Below, in pieces: positions 63,751 to 64,000 of a DNA stretch of 64,000 nt; position 1 is the first letter of the stretch, and the number at the start of each line of letters is the position of its first letter. The stretch is from Lama glama (Eukaryota), in assembly GCA_028534125.1 (NCBI GenBank), contig CM052829.1, positions 8,310,001 to 8,374,000 on the forward strand. The letters are read 5' to 3'. A program made the translations under genes and the position numbers. A model generated the notes under the pieces. It saw only the letters and a list, made by a program, of their open reading frames with translations. It was not told the origin of the DNA and searched no databases.

Positions 63751-64000
63751 CAGGTTACTCCATTCCTTTGAGTACTTCTGACTGGAGCTCTTCACGCTGA
63801 GGTGATTTACTTGGATGATGCTGCGGTCTCATCATTTACAATGAGTGAGCCTGCCTCCTGGTTTGCCTGGAGCCGTCCCCGTGTGTATCTGTGGTCCTGG
63901 TCGGATTATGGATACTGCCCCCTTTCACTCTCAGAAGTGGCTGAGTTTGGGCCAAGAATTACATGCTCACTCTTGTTAAACTGTTTTTAATCACTGTTAC

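Overview
Mammalian non-coding genomic DNA, intronic or intergenic. Four copies of a tRNA-derived SINE with the tail motif AAATAAACCTAATTACCTCCCC, plus cetartiodactyl-type L1 3' ends, suggest a camelid (alpaca, camel or llama). This is by-eye family recognition, not a database result. I can support no protein-coding gene, RNA gene or CRISPR array, and none of the ORF-track peptides is a recognisable host protein; the only real protein homology is a decayed L1 ORF2 fragment at about 5.1-5.4 kb. Much of the window is layered transposon debris: MIR, L2, old L1M, MLT1/MLT2, hAT and Tigger elements, seven ERV1-type solo LTRs, and young L1 and SINE insertions with intact TSDs. The strongest unusual observations are: (1) a 1.6-kb chimeric retro-insertion, poly(A)-ended and TSD-flanked, carrying L1 pieces in reversed order inside a MER45A; (2) a young, intact solo LTR with LTR12/ERV9-like promoter architecture; (3) a decayed ~88-bp-period tandem array between two LTRs; (4) ancient repeats locally shifted to GC/CpG richness, possibly fossil recombination hotspots; (5) several repeat-poor blocks with CTCF, STAT/ETS, AP-1 or homeodomain motif clusters and candidate non-coding exons. 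I found no convincing novel multi-gene system. Subfamily names are approximate, and old-repeat boundaries are +/- tens of bp.
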